A stretch of DNA of 64,000 bases from an archaeon (lineage in GTDB: Archaea > Nanobdellota > Nanobdellia > Woesearchaeales > GCA-2686295): contig JBDRCD010000009.1 of assembly GCA_043822105.1 (NCBI GenBank), forward strand, positions 67,098-131,097. The letters are read 5' to 3'. The first letter of the stretch is position 1. Each line of letters starts with the position of its first letter. The notes beneath the pieces are model-generated. The model did no database searches and had not been told where the DNA came from. It saw only the letters and a list, made by a program, of their open reading frames with translations. Positions 1 to 8,636 of this stretch are shown piece by piece. The position numbers and the translations under genes were made by a program.

Positions 1-245
1 TTAACTTTTCCTCAACCCTGCGACCCTCTAAGCACCATGATAATCATTTAGAGCTGCTTCATTCCTGATCTGACTCAGTTCATAAAAATCACAATCCTAG
101 AGGACAAGGCATCGACGGTCCAGTCAAGACCCTTGACTGCCATCAAGCCGCCCTTCAGGCTTCGACTCCACCAACAGCCGTTTGCGGTAACAGGTGAGGC
201 TGAGCCACCCAGTCTAGCAATGAAAGTGAAGAATAGAGGGTTTTT
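1..245. ncRNA. GC-rich structured-RNA candidate (RNase P RNA 3' part or SRP RNA fragment), probably truncated by the window edge
   Basis: GC content is ~55% in a ~32% GC genome. There are stable hairpins: CAGUCAAG-ACC-CUUGACUG, AAGCC-(8 nt)-GGCUU and GGUG...CACC. A + strand motif ACAGGUGAGGCUGAGCC resembles the RNase P P4 3' strand (ACAGAAnCCGGCUUA), and GGGTTTTT at 236-245 looks like an oligo-T terminator. The minus strand carries CCUGAAGGGCGGCUUGAUGGCAG, which resembles SRP helix 8. No ORF covers the region. Confidence 0.35.
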
Positions 246-295
246 AAAGGTATTGCTCTAATTCGCTCTAAAAATAGAAAGTTTTATTAATTTCT

Positions 296-1135
296 ATGAA
301 ATATTATTTTTTTAGGGGGAACAAGTTGAAAAACTCAATTATATTTCTAGGTACAGGCGGAGACTCTATAGTTGTAGGTAAACAAATCAGAGCTTCAGGC
401 GGAATCATATTCCAGTTTGAAGGAAACCAGTTTCATCTTGACCCCGGTCCAGGAGCGGTTGTCAGGATGAAACAGTTTGACATTAATCCTAGAGAAACAA
501 CTGCGATTCTTGTATCTCATAATCATCTGAACCATGTGGGAGGACTTAATGAGACAATATCTGCAATGACCTACTCAGGAATTGACAGGAGAGGAGTCCT
601 TGCCTGTGATGAGGAAACTCTGCATGGTTCGAATATTGAATTACCTGGTGTTTCAAAGTATCACAAAGGAATGGTTGAAAGATTCATAGCCTTGAAATCA
701 GGCATGAGAATAGGTATAAACGAAGTTAATATTTTGGCAACAACTGCAAAACACACACCGACTTCTGTTGGCTTCAGGTTTTCAACTGATAAATTTGTTG
801 TTTCATACATATCAGATACAGAATACTGCAAGGAATTGGTTCAGGAACATAAAGGTGTTAATGTTATGATAATTAACTGCAAATATCCTCTAGGATTAAC
901 TCAGAAAGGACATCTTAATTCAGAAGATGTTGTCAAACTTCTGGAGCAAACAAAACCAAAACTTGCAATACTAACACATTTCGGTGTAAAGATGCTTGAT
1001 GCAGATCCACTCTATGAAGCAAGAGAAATTCAAAAGAAAACAAAATGTCAAGTTATTGCTGCAAAGGATGGACTTACTGTTAATCCTGTCTCATTCTCTT
1101 CTTCTGTCAAACAAAAAACACTCGGCTCATTCTAA
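296..1135 (+). CDS. MBL-fold metallo-hydrolase, RNase Z-like
   Basis: FLGTGG near the N-terminus; HNHLNHVGG in place of the HxHxDH motif; YISDTEY resembles the RNase Z YSGDT motif; LTHFG near the C-terminus. Confidence 0.5.
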   Translation: MKYYFFRGNKLKNSIIFLGTGGDSIVVGKQIRASGGIIFQFEGNQFHLDPGPGAVVRMKQFDINPRETTAILVSHNHLNHVGGLNETISAMTYSGIDRRGVLACDEETLHGSNIELPGVSKYHKGMVERFIALKSGMRIGINEVNILATTAKHTPTSVGFRFSTDKFVVSYISDTEYCKELVQEHKGVNVMIINCKYPLGLTQKGHLNSEDVVKLLEQTKPKLAILTHFGVKMLDADPLYEAREIQKKTKCQVIAAKDGLTVNPVSFSSSVKQKTLGSF

Positions 1136-1180
1136 AGGAGTTAATAAAATTTATATATATTCTTTTAAAGAATAGATTTC

Positions 1181-1735
1181 ATGCTAGAGACAGTAATAGG
1201 TTATTTGCAGCACAATTCAAATAAAATAATATCCAGATTGATGGATCTTTTCATATTGCCTTTTGAAAACAAAGAAATGACCTGGGTGATTGTGCCTGTT
1301 GTTTTGACAATACTGATTATGCAGTTTTACTTTTTTAAAAATAGAAATGAAGAACTAGGATGGAATACTGCAATTGCAAATAGTTTGGTGCTGATGTTTA
1401 TCGCTGCAGATTTGTTTCGATTTTTGTACAATAAAAATCTTTTATCCCTTTCAAACCCTGGTTCCAATGATTTCTCTTTGACTGTGTTGGTCTCGATTGT
1501 CCTGGTGGAAGGGCTGCTCATGTTTTTCATGGATTTTAGCCATGTCTGGCCAAAGTTCATGGCCTTCCGTTTCTCATCACACCTGACAATAAATCTTATG
1601 GCCTATACAGCAATAGTTTTAGTTTATGGAGATATTCCTATTAATATGTTTACCATAATAGCAGCCATAATTTTTTTCATACTGGTTAACATGTTTTTTT
1701 TCATACCAAGAATTCTGTTTCATTCAAAGTATTAA
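1181..1735 (+). CDS. hypothetical polytopic membrane protein
   Basis: Several hydrophobic segments; no recognisable motif. Confidence 0.4.
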   Translation: MLETVIGYLQHNSNKIISRLMDLFILPFENKEMTWVIVPVVLTILIMQFYFFKNRNEELGWNTAIANSLVLMFIAADLFRFLYNKNLLSLSNPGSNDFSLTVLVSIVLVEGLLMFFMDFSHVWPKFMAFRFSSHLTINLMAYTAIVLVYGDIPINMFTIIAAIIFFILVNMFFFIPRILFHSKY

Positions 1736-2632
1736 AACTATCAAATAACCCACAACGCAACCAAGTGAAACCACTGGCATTGCAGGATAGAATCTATCTT
1801 TCTTTGCAAATATGAAAAGTCCGAGTATTGCAAATGTCACAGCTACAGAGATGATTGTTGTCTGAAAAAAAGCAGTGCTCAGGGTCGCTCCCTGTCGTAT
1901 AAGTGTTTCCATGACAACGCCTGCAAATATGAGCGGAAATGCCACATCTCCTCCTCCAAGAATAGCATTCTTAGTTTCATTCCTCTTTGGTTGGAGAGAT
2001 GGTTTTACCGGAATTGTAAGCTCAATGCCTTTGTGTTCTTTGTAGGGTATCATTATTCCTGCAAAAAGCTTGCTTTCTGCTTGAAACTTAGCCATTTTCA
2101 CCATGTGTTTGCTTTTCCAGACAGCATACATGTCGTAGAGTGAAATTGCAAGAAGAATCATAAAGACCCAGAACAGATCAAATATTGGCACTATTAGAAC
2201 CGCAAGACCAGAGTACATGAGTATTTCTGTAAAGTTGTGTATGAACAGATTGTTTTTGTATATCTTCAGAATTGCAAGGATGAATGCAAAGAAGAAGGCC
2301 AATGAACTATCCATCAGGACTCCCAGTGAAATGCTTATTGCAAAAAATATTGCCATAAAAAACCACGCTTTCCAAAGTTTCATCTTTTTGTATTTCATAA
2401 TTATTAAAATCAGAATTGTTCCAATCAAAACTGCAAATCCCAGATAAAGAAAGGACTCTCCACCCTTGGTTTCAGGTCTTGGTCCAACTGATGTGTCCTG
2501 ATGATGTACAACTATTTCTCCGTTTACTTCTTCTGTGCTGCTTATGTCCTTGCTTATCAGAAATAAACCAACTATTTGTGTGAGGAAAAATATGCTAATA
2601 ATAATCATCAGAACGTTTAAATCATGCTTCAT
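1724..2632 (-). CDS. presenilin / signal-peptide-peptidase-like intramembrane aspartyl protease (A22 family)
   Basis: Polytopic membrane protein with LYD (ISLYDMYAVW), GxGD (ILGGGDVAFPL) and a PAL-like motif (YPAMP) in the canonical order. Confidence 0.55.
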   Translation of the reverse strand: MKHDLNVLMIIISIFFLTQIVGLFLISKDISSTEEVNGEIVVHHQDTSVGPRPETKGGESFLYLGFAVLIGTILILIIMKYKKMKLWKAWFFMAIFFAISISLGVLMDSSLAFFFAFILAILKIYKNNLFIHNFTEILMYSGLAVLIVPIFDLFWVFMILLAISLYDMYAVWKSKHMVKMAKFQAESKLFAGIMIPYKEHKGIELTIPVKPSLQPKRNETKNAILGGGDVAFPLIFAGVVMETLIRQGATLSTAFFQTTIISVAVTFAILGLFIFAKKDRFYPAMPVVSLGCVVGYLIVLIL

Positions 2633-2717
2633 AGAAAAGAAATTATTCTATTTATTATTAATAACTTTTGATTACAAAAAATGTTTTTTTGGACCAAAAA
2701 CTAATTTTAAGTAATGC

Positions 2718-3206
2718 TTAACTCCCTGGAGGATAGTTTTTGATTAGAAAGTATTCTTCCACAAATTTCTTTGCAATATTCTCATCGTGAATTATAACAA
2801 CATTTTCATTATTGTTATCTTTGCCGTTTGCCGTTGGATTGTAGCTTCCAGTAATAACTGTTTTTTGATCTATTATGAATATCTTATTGTGCATTGTTGC
2901 TTTGTTGTTGTCAGGCATAACATCCACACCCGAATCATTTAGAATCCTGAAAACATTGAATTTAGATGTTATTCTTTGGCGTTCAATGATTCCTTCAACA
3001 ATTATTTTCTTGTTTTTCTCTATGAGCATTGCAGCTATTTCCTCGTCTGTGAAAGAGTAAATCATGAAGTGAATGCTTTCCTTTGCTTTGACAAGCTCTT
3101 CAAGCACTTCTCTTTGGCAATCATCGTGCGGACAGAAGTATATCTCTAAATCTTGTTTGGGCACACAAGATGTTAACAGCAGAAGCAATAACAATAATTT
3201 TTTCAT
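2718..3206 (-). CDS. secreted/lipoprotein phospholipase-D-family nuclease (Nuc-like, single HKD domain)
   Basis: Signal peptide with lipobox (LLLLLLTSC). HKD motif HNKIFIIDQKTVITGSYNPT, i.e. HxK(x)4D(x)6GSxN. The ~160 aa size is typical of Nuc. Start taken at the internal Met 3206. Confidence 0.6.
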   Translation of the reverse strand: MKKLLLLLLLLTSCVPKQDLEIYFCPHDDCQREVLEELVKAKESIHFMIYSFTDEEIAAMLIEKNKKIIVEGIIERQRITSKFNVFRILNDSGVDVMPDNNKATMHNKIFIIDQKTVITGSYNPTANGKDNNNENVVIIHDENIAKKFVEEYFLIKNYPPGS

Positions 3207-3260
3207 ATTTATTTTTTTTAGAGTAAATTTATATGTTCTTCCCAATATTTTCCGAAATAT

Positions 3261-3773
3261 TTACGGAAAGATTTTTTCAAAACTCTTTGCCATTGCAAAT
3301 TTTGTTCCTGGCTGAGTTTTTTCTATTGATTCAATGAATCCGTTCTTTTCTTCTTTGTTTACAATTTTTATTCTGTGAAGTTTACAGAAGATTATTATTT
3401 CTTCTTCCAGAACATTGTTCAGAATTTTGATATTTTCTTTTTTTGTTTTCTTATTTTTTAAATATTTTTCAAGTTTTTTTTTTATTTCTCTGTCAAGATT
3501 GGTTGGCACAATGGTTTTTTTACTGCTTTTTTTAACTTCCATTATTTTTAGGCGTTTTCCAAATATGTTTTCTAGCAATAGTTTTGTCATGAAGAACTCT
3601 TTTGATTTGTCATTCAGTATTTCAATAATGTTTCCTTTTACTTTTTTATTGATTCGAATATCTCTTCTGACTCTTTTTTCAATCATTGTAAGAAAACCCT
3701 GTTCAGAGTAGTTTATAGTAGTATAAGTAAGCTGAATTTTCTCTTTTTTGTTGGATTTGTTTTTTGTTACCAT
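3261..3773 (-). CDS. hypothetical Lys-rich basic protein
   Basis: ORF with consistent codon usage; very basic; no recognisable motif. Confidence 0.35.
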   Translation of the reverse strand: MVTKNKSNKKEKIQLTYTTINYSEQGFLTMIEKRVRRDIRINKKVKGNIIEILNDKSKEFFMTKLLLENIFGKRLKIMEVKKSSKKTIVPTNLDREIKKKLEKYLKNKKTKKENIKILNNVLEEEIIIFCKLHRIKIVNKEEKNGFIESIEKTQPGTKFAMAKSFEKIFP

Positions 3774-3898
3774 TTTGGAATGGATATAAATCGAAAGGTT
3801 TAAATAATATCCTTAACTACTATATAAACATAGTCAAAGCAGGTGATATTAAAGGGGGATGATGCGTTCTAAAATTCATATTATACTCACCTCTTTTT

Positions 3899-3935
3899 CC
3901 CGGGAAGATTCCGATTTTCTTGGAATCTTCCAGGG
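3899..3935. terminator. inverted repeat (10-14 bp stem, 9 nt loop) immediately downstream of the Lon-like gene stop
   Basis: GGAAGATTCC (3903-3912) pairs perfectly with GGAATCTTCC (3922-3931); flanking CCCG/AGGG extends the stem with one mismatch. Confidence 0.3.
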
Positions 3936-3943
3936 TTTTATCA

Positions 3944-5608
3944 TTATTTTTTTCTTCTCAAGCAAATCAGCATAATTAATGCGGCTCCCGCTATGAGTCC
4001 AAAACTAAAAAGTTGAATGTGAAGAGGTTCAATATGAATGCTGGCTTGATTTTCTTTTGGAAAATACATGTCTAATTTGCTAAATTCCAACGCATACTCT
4101 GCAAAAGTCATACTTGAAATAGGATCATATTCTATCAGAGATTTTGAATATTCAAAATAACTATAGCCCAGTATTGGAAACATACCTTTTGCATTCTGTT
4201 CGACTATAACTCTCTTTATTGCTTCGAACTTCTCCTGTAACACCATTTCCATTTCATCTTCGTGAATCGTCAAAGCAGTGAGTATTATATCGGCTTTTGC
4301 TTTTGCTTTGCTAGCTTTGAAAATGCACAGTGCATACTCACCCTGATTGTATTCTTTTAAAGCAAGACTGATTTCTTCTTCTGCACCTTCCAGAAGTGTA
4401 GGTAAATAAAGTTTGGCATAACTAATTCTTTCTTCGGCTTCAGCTGTTTTTTTAAGACATACATTCATCAGATGTGATTCATCTAGTTGTATTTTTATTC
4501 CATCCAGTTCAAAAAACTTAGCCCATGAAACTGCGCTGAAAAGTCTTTCTTTGGCATAGGCCAGTGTTTCATATGAAATATTTTTTTCATCAATTTCATC
4601 AAGATAGGCTTTTGATTCGGACAGTCTTTCTTTTACAACCATGTATGTTTCCAAGTCAGACAGCGTTTGTAAAACAGTGTTGTTTATGGTTGCATCCATT
4701 ATTTTCCATTGGTACAATGTTTCTTCGAGTATCAGTTGCAGTTCTTCAGAAGTTTTATTCGAAAATTCTATTTCACGCAGTCTGAGATTTGCAGAAAAAC
4801 AATAGCTTGCTCTGGAATATGAATCTTCTTTCATTGCTGCTTCAATGGATCTGTTAAGATGATCTTCTGCAGATATATAAAGAGATTCATCTGTTTTTTC
4901 AACGTTTATTATTATATCTTCACTTCTCTGACAAAGCAAATCTGCAACTTCTTTCATTTTTTTATTATAATCTTCAGATACTAGCAATTCATAATCCTTC
5001 TTTGAAAAATCTTTACCTGTGAAATAATACAGTGCTTCTTCAAGATTTTTAACCTTTACAATGGTGATCTTTTCATCCAGACCTTTCTCTTCAATTTTTG
5101 AAATATTAACAGTTGACTGCCATTTCGGAAGCAGTATTTTTGTAAAACCTTCATCAATGGCAGCATTAACTTTTAAGTCAATTCCTGCAACAGGACCTAT
5201 TAGCCCTCCGGAATTTATGGTTCCGGTCATTATTGTTTCCTCATCCATTTCCAAATCATCAAGAACACTGACAGTAAGAACGGCCATTGCGGCACCAGCA
5301 CTTGGACCTCCAACAATTGTTGCTCCTGCTCTTATGGTGTAGAAGAAATCATATCTGTTGCAATTCTCGTCAAGAAAATCACATGCAATTTCATTTGCAA
5401 ATCTCGTTGAAATCTGCGTATCTAGTTTTGTCAGTGGAAATGAATCTATGAATATTCTGCCTGTTCCTGGTTTAACTTCAAGGAGTAAGTCTGCAACTCC
5501 GCCAGTTTCGTTTACTCCGCCGACAGTCAAAAGTTTCATGTGGCCTGTCTTTGCACTTGCAAAAGGAATCAGCAGAATAAATAGGAATATTATTTTCAAA
5601 AGTCTCAT
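3944..5608 (-). CDS. secreted Lon-like S16 serine peptidase with a helical C-terminal region and a C-terminal TM anchor
   Basis: Signal peptide. S16 catalytic motifs GGPSAGAAM (Ser) and TGTINSGGLIGPVAGIDLKVNAA (Lys). Long helical region. C-terminal hydrophobic segment followed by RRKK. Confidence 0.6.
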   Translation of the reverse strand: MRLLKIIFLFILLIPFASAKTGHMKLLTVGGVNETGGVADLLLEVKPGTGRIFIDSFPLTKLDTQISTRFANEIACDFLDENCNRYDFFYTIRAGATIVGGPSAGAAMAVLTVSVLDDLEMDEETIMTGTINSGGLIGPVAGIDLKVNAAIDEGFTKILLPKWQSTVNISKIEEKGLDEKITIVKVKNLEEALYYFTGKDFSKKDYELLVSEDYNKKMKEVADLLCQRSEDIIINVEKTDESLYISAEDHLNRSIEAAMKEDSYSRASYCFSANLRLREIEFSNKTSEELQLILEETLYQWKIMDATINNTVLQTLSDLETYMVVKERLSESKAYLDEIDEKNISYETLAYAKERLFSAVSWAKFFELDGIKIQLDESHLMNVCLKKTAEAEERISYAKLYLPTLLEGAEEEISLALKEYNQGEYALCIFKASKAKAKADIILTALTIHEDEMEMVLQEKFEAIKRVIVEQNAKGMFPILGYSYFEYSKSLIEYDPISSMTFAEYALEFSKLDMYFPKENQASIHIEPLHIQLFSFGLIAGAALIMLICLRRKK

Positions 5609-6183
5609 TTTTTCTTGTACCTGCCTCTTTCTTCCACAATCTTGAATCGATTCATTATGTTTTTGTAGTTTTTTGCTTTGGAATAGCCTTTCAGAAATTC
5701 TTTGAAAGCTTTTTCTGCGACTCTATAGTGTTTGCTTTCCAATGCCTGCTTGAAGAGATGTATGTCGACTGCCTTGTCTTCCAGTTTTTCTGAAAAAAAC
5801 GACAGACCAAAGTCTATAAAGTATATTTCTTCTTTGAGAATCATGTTTGAGGTGGTTAAATCTCCGTGGATTATGCCTGCGTTGTGCATTGCAGCAACTT
5901 TTTTCCCTATTTCCTTTGCGAGCTCTGGTCGTTTATCGAGCAGGTCTCTTATTTTCTGTCCTTCTATGAATTCCATCTCTATGTTTTCTTTTCTGTCCGT
6001 ACTAACAATTTTCGGAGCTTTGACAGGGATTTTCTCCAGAATTTTAGATTCCACTCTTGTTCTCGTCTTTCTTAGTGCTTCATCTATTTCTTTTATTCGA
6101 TAGTTTTTCTTCAGGCGCTTCTTTATAACCTTGTTTTTATCAAGATATATTATTGCTTCAGCACCTGCACCTATTTGTTTCAT
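5605..6183 (-). CDS. bud32: KEOPS complex Bud32/PRPK small atypical kinase
   Basis: The ~190 aa size is typical of archaeal Bud32. It has a Gly-rich N-terminus (GAGAEA), a catalytic loop IHGDLTTSNMIL and IDFGLS. Its stop overlaps the start of the Lon-like gene. Confidence 0.65.
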   Translation of the reverse strand: MKQIGAGAEAIIYLDKNKVIKKRLKKNYRIKEIDEALRKTRTRVESKILEKIPVKAPKIVSTDRKENIEMEFIEGQKIRDLLDKRPELAKEIGKKVAAMHNAGIIHGDLTTSNMILKEEIYFIDFGLSFFSEKLEDKAVDIHLFKQALESKHYRVAEKAFKEFLKGYSKAKNYKNIMNRFKIVEERGRYKKK

Positions 6184-6530
6184 ATCTACATATAGAAAAA
6201 TTATAAATTTAAAAGGTTTTGCTAATATTCGCAGAATATTTCATCCATATCCTCATTAGAAAGGCTTTTCCGGTTAAGATCCTGGATGTCTTTTTTGTGA
6301 TTGGCGCTTTTGATTCGCCTTATTTCTTGCTCTTCTTCCATCAATAGTACTTCTTCCATTTTAGTCGTAATCCTCTTTTATGCTTTCACTTTCGGCCCTC
6401 TCCCTGGCCTCTTCTGAAACACTTTGATTTTCCACCAATGAATCGAGTTCCATTTGTTTACCTCTTTATAGTGGTTAAAGTGTCAGAACTAGTATTTAAA
6501 TCTTTCGTTTTTTTAACTATTTTTGAGTAG

Positions 6531-6851
6531 TTACAACTTCTTTTTTATGGTGAAACGAGAAAATTTTTTACAGGACAAACAAGTATAAACAACTTTTCCA
6601 CTCTGCGTTCTGACGCGAGCATTCACGCCAGGTCTAAGATATTTATAGCAGTGTTTGCAAAACTTTCTTCTATATTCAGATTTAAACTTAATCTTGAATT
6701 TCATGGCCAATTTTCTAGCCAGATCAATATATCTGTCAGATAGCTTTGAATCCTCACTGAAAACCTCATCAGCCTGTGAAAAAAGTTGATCAATGCGACT
6801 TTTTGCTATCTGCACGTGCTCATCTGCTTTTTTTGAATAACCCCTGACCAT
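6531..6851 (-). CDS. rnp4: RNase P protein component 4 (Rpp21/Rnp4)
   Basis: 106 aa; RYIDLARKLA helix followed by Zn ribbon CKHC...(PGVNARVR)...CLSCKK, typical of archaeal Rpp21. Confidence 0.6.
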   Translation of the reverse strand: MVRGYSKKADEHVQIAKSRIDQLFSQADEVFSEDSKLSDRYIDLARKLAMKFKIKFKSEYRRKFCKHCYKYLRPGVNARVRTQSGKVVYTCLSCKKFSRFTIKKKL

Positions 6852-6929
6852 GAAGATATAGAAGCAACAGGATTATAAAAAGTTAATCCAAAGAAAAGCA
6901 TTATAAATGAAAACCTGTTCTTTTAGTTT

Positions 6930-8156
6930 ATGGGAATATTTGATTTTCTTAAGAAAAAGAAACCGGCAGAGGAAAAAGTAAAATTCAGCAATGTGAATGA
7001 ATGGATACAGAGTTATCTGGAAAATCATGATCTAAACAAAAGAATAAACTCCTTTAAAGGACAAATTAAAGAAAAAATAAACGAAACAAAAGCACTGTTG
7101 AAAAAACTTGAAGAAGCAGGTCTGCAAAATGAAAACATTCCAGAAAGAGCTAAACACATAATGCAGGGCAACAGAAAGAACTATATCAGAAAAACAAATG
7201 ATTTTCTAGAAGAAATAAACATTCCCGATGATTATCTAAAAATAATGGATTTTTCTTCAGCGCTGACAGAAAAAATCGATGCTTTGAGCAAAGAAACACA
7301 GAGGAGTTATTTTGTTCTAAAAGAATTCATGGAGGCCAGTCTTTCACCTGTGGTAAGAAAAATAAAAGAAATAGAAGATATTACCATAGATTTCAAACAT
7401 GAGATAGAAAAAGAGAACATTCACAAACTTGAGGAGATAAAGAAAAAACTCAATGAATTCAAAACATCTGAAGCAACCGTTGCAGCCCTGAAAGAAGATC
7501 TCGGAAAGAAAGAATCTCAATTAAAAGAACTCGAAAGCAAAGCTGATTTAATAAATCAAAAGCTCAATGTCCTACAGAATGGTGAAGGCTTCAAGCAATA
7601 TCAAACTCTAAAAAAAGATAGTGAAACAATTTCTTCAGATATACAAAAACAGAAAAAAGACATAATAGATCATTTTTCAACTTTGGAAAAGGCTCTTAAG
7701 AAATACCAAAGAATAACTCTCAACCCAAAACTTCTAGATAAATATCTTGAAAATCCTGCAAAAGCACTGATGGAAGATAAAGATTTGGAAATCACAGAGC
7801 TTCTTGAAAAAATGTTAAAATCTTTGAAGGAACTGGATTTGAAAGACAAGAAAGAAGAGAAGACAAAAGAAGAAATAAAAGCGTTAAACAAAGAGTTTCT
7901 CGAAAGTTTAAGAGATAAGTTGAAACTCTATATTGATGATGAGAAGAAAATTAAACAGAAACTTCTCTCCAACATATCTGTGATGAGCATTTCTGAACAG
8001 GAATCATTGTTTGACAATATGCAAAGAAACATTGATGAGAAAAAAGAGGAGATGGAAGACATCAACAACAAATTGGACAGAACAAGTCCTAATTTAATAA
8101 AACAGCAGGTCAAAGAATTACTAAAAGAATTCAACGTAATTATGGAAAATGGATGA
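6930..8156 (+). CDS. hypothetical K/E-rich coiled-coil protein
   Basis: 408 aa with heptad-like charged repeats throughout; no catalytic motif. Confidence 0.4.
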   Translation: MGIFDFLKKKKPAEEKVKFSNVNEWIQSYLENHDLNKRINSFKGQIKEKINETKALLKKLEEAGLQNENIPERAKHIMQGNRKNYIRKTNDFLEEINIPDDYLKIMDFSSALTEKIDALSKETQRSYFVLKEFMEASLSPVVRKIKEIEDITIDFKHEIEKENIHKLEEIKKKLNEFKTSEATVAALKEDLGKKESQLKELESKADLINQKLNVLQNGEGFKQYQTLKKDSETISSDIQKQKKDIIDHFSTLEKALKKYQRITLNPKLLDKYLENPAKALMEDKDLEITELLEKMLKSLKELDLKDKKEEKTKEEIKALNKEFLESLRDKLKLYIDDEKKIKQKLLSNISVMSISEQESLFDNMQRNIDEKKEEMEDINNKLDRTSPNLIKQQVKELLKEFNVIMENG

Positions 8157-8210
8157 TTACAAAAATAGGAGATTTTTCGGATTTCCCAAAATTTCAAGAG
8201 GGGTGAAATT

Positions 8211-8636
8211 TTGATAGAAATAAACAAATTTATATCACAGTTCACAGATAAACAGATTCCAAATATAGAAAAAATTGGCAAAAAGTATTTTCTTGTTAGT
8301 GCTGACCAAAAAAAACTAAGTAAGGACATCGGAAGAAAACCTTTTTCTGCAGGCATATTTCTTGGAGAACAAAAAAGAAACTTTCAAGCAAGTCCTGCCC
8401 TTGTTGATATGATTGCCAAATTGTCCGACAGAAAAGCTTTCATTAACAAAGAAGCAGAGTGGCTTTTCTTGTGTGGTCGGGATGTGTTTGAAAAAAATAT
8501 CGTGAAGAAAAATGTTGAGAACGGAATTGTACTTGTTCAAAATGAGGAAGATGAAAATCTTGGCTTTGGAAAATTATCAAGCAGCGGTGTAAAAAATATT
8601 CTTGACAAAGGAGAATATTTGAGAACAAAAAACTAA
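8211..8636 (+). CDS. nip7: Nip7-like PUA-domain ribosome-biogenesis protein
   Basis: C-terminal WLFLCGRDVF...NGIVLVQNEEDENLGFGK...GEYLR matches the Nip7 PUA signature (FLYGNDV...GVVV...PLGFG...GEYLR). Confidence 0.6.
   Translation: MIEINKFISQFTDKQIPNIEKIGKKYFLVSADQKKLSKDIGRKPFSAGIFLGEQKRNFQASPALVDMIAKLSDRKAFINKEAEWLFLCGRDVFEKNIVKKNVENGIVLVQNEEDENLGFGKLSSSGVKNILDKGEYLRTKN

Noticed and set aside
100-245. tRNA or 5S rRNA interpretation of the GC-rich island
   Set aside because: No T-arm or acceptor-stem arrangement could be built (the GGCTTCGACTCC segment does not close into a cloverleaf). There is no 5S-like conserved loop sequence.
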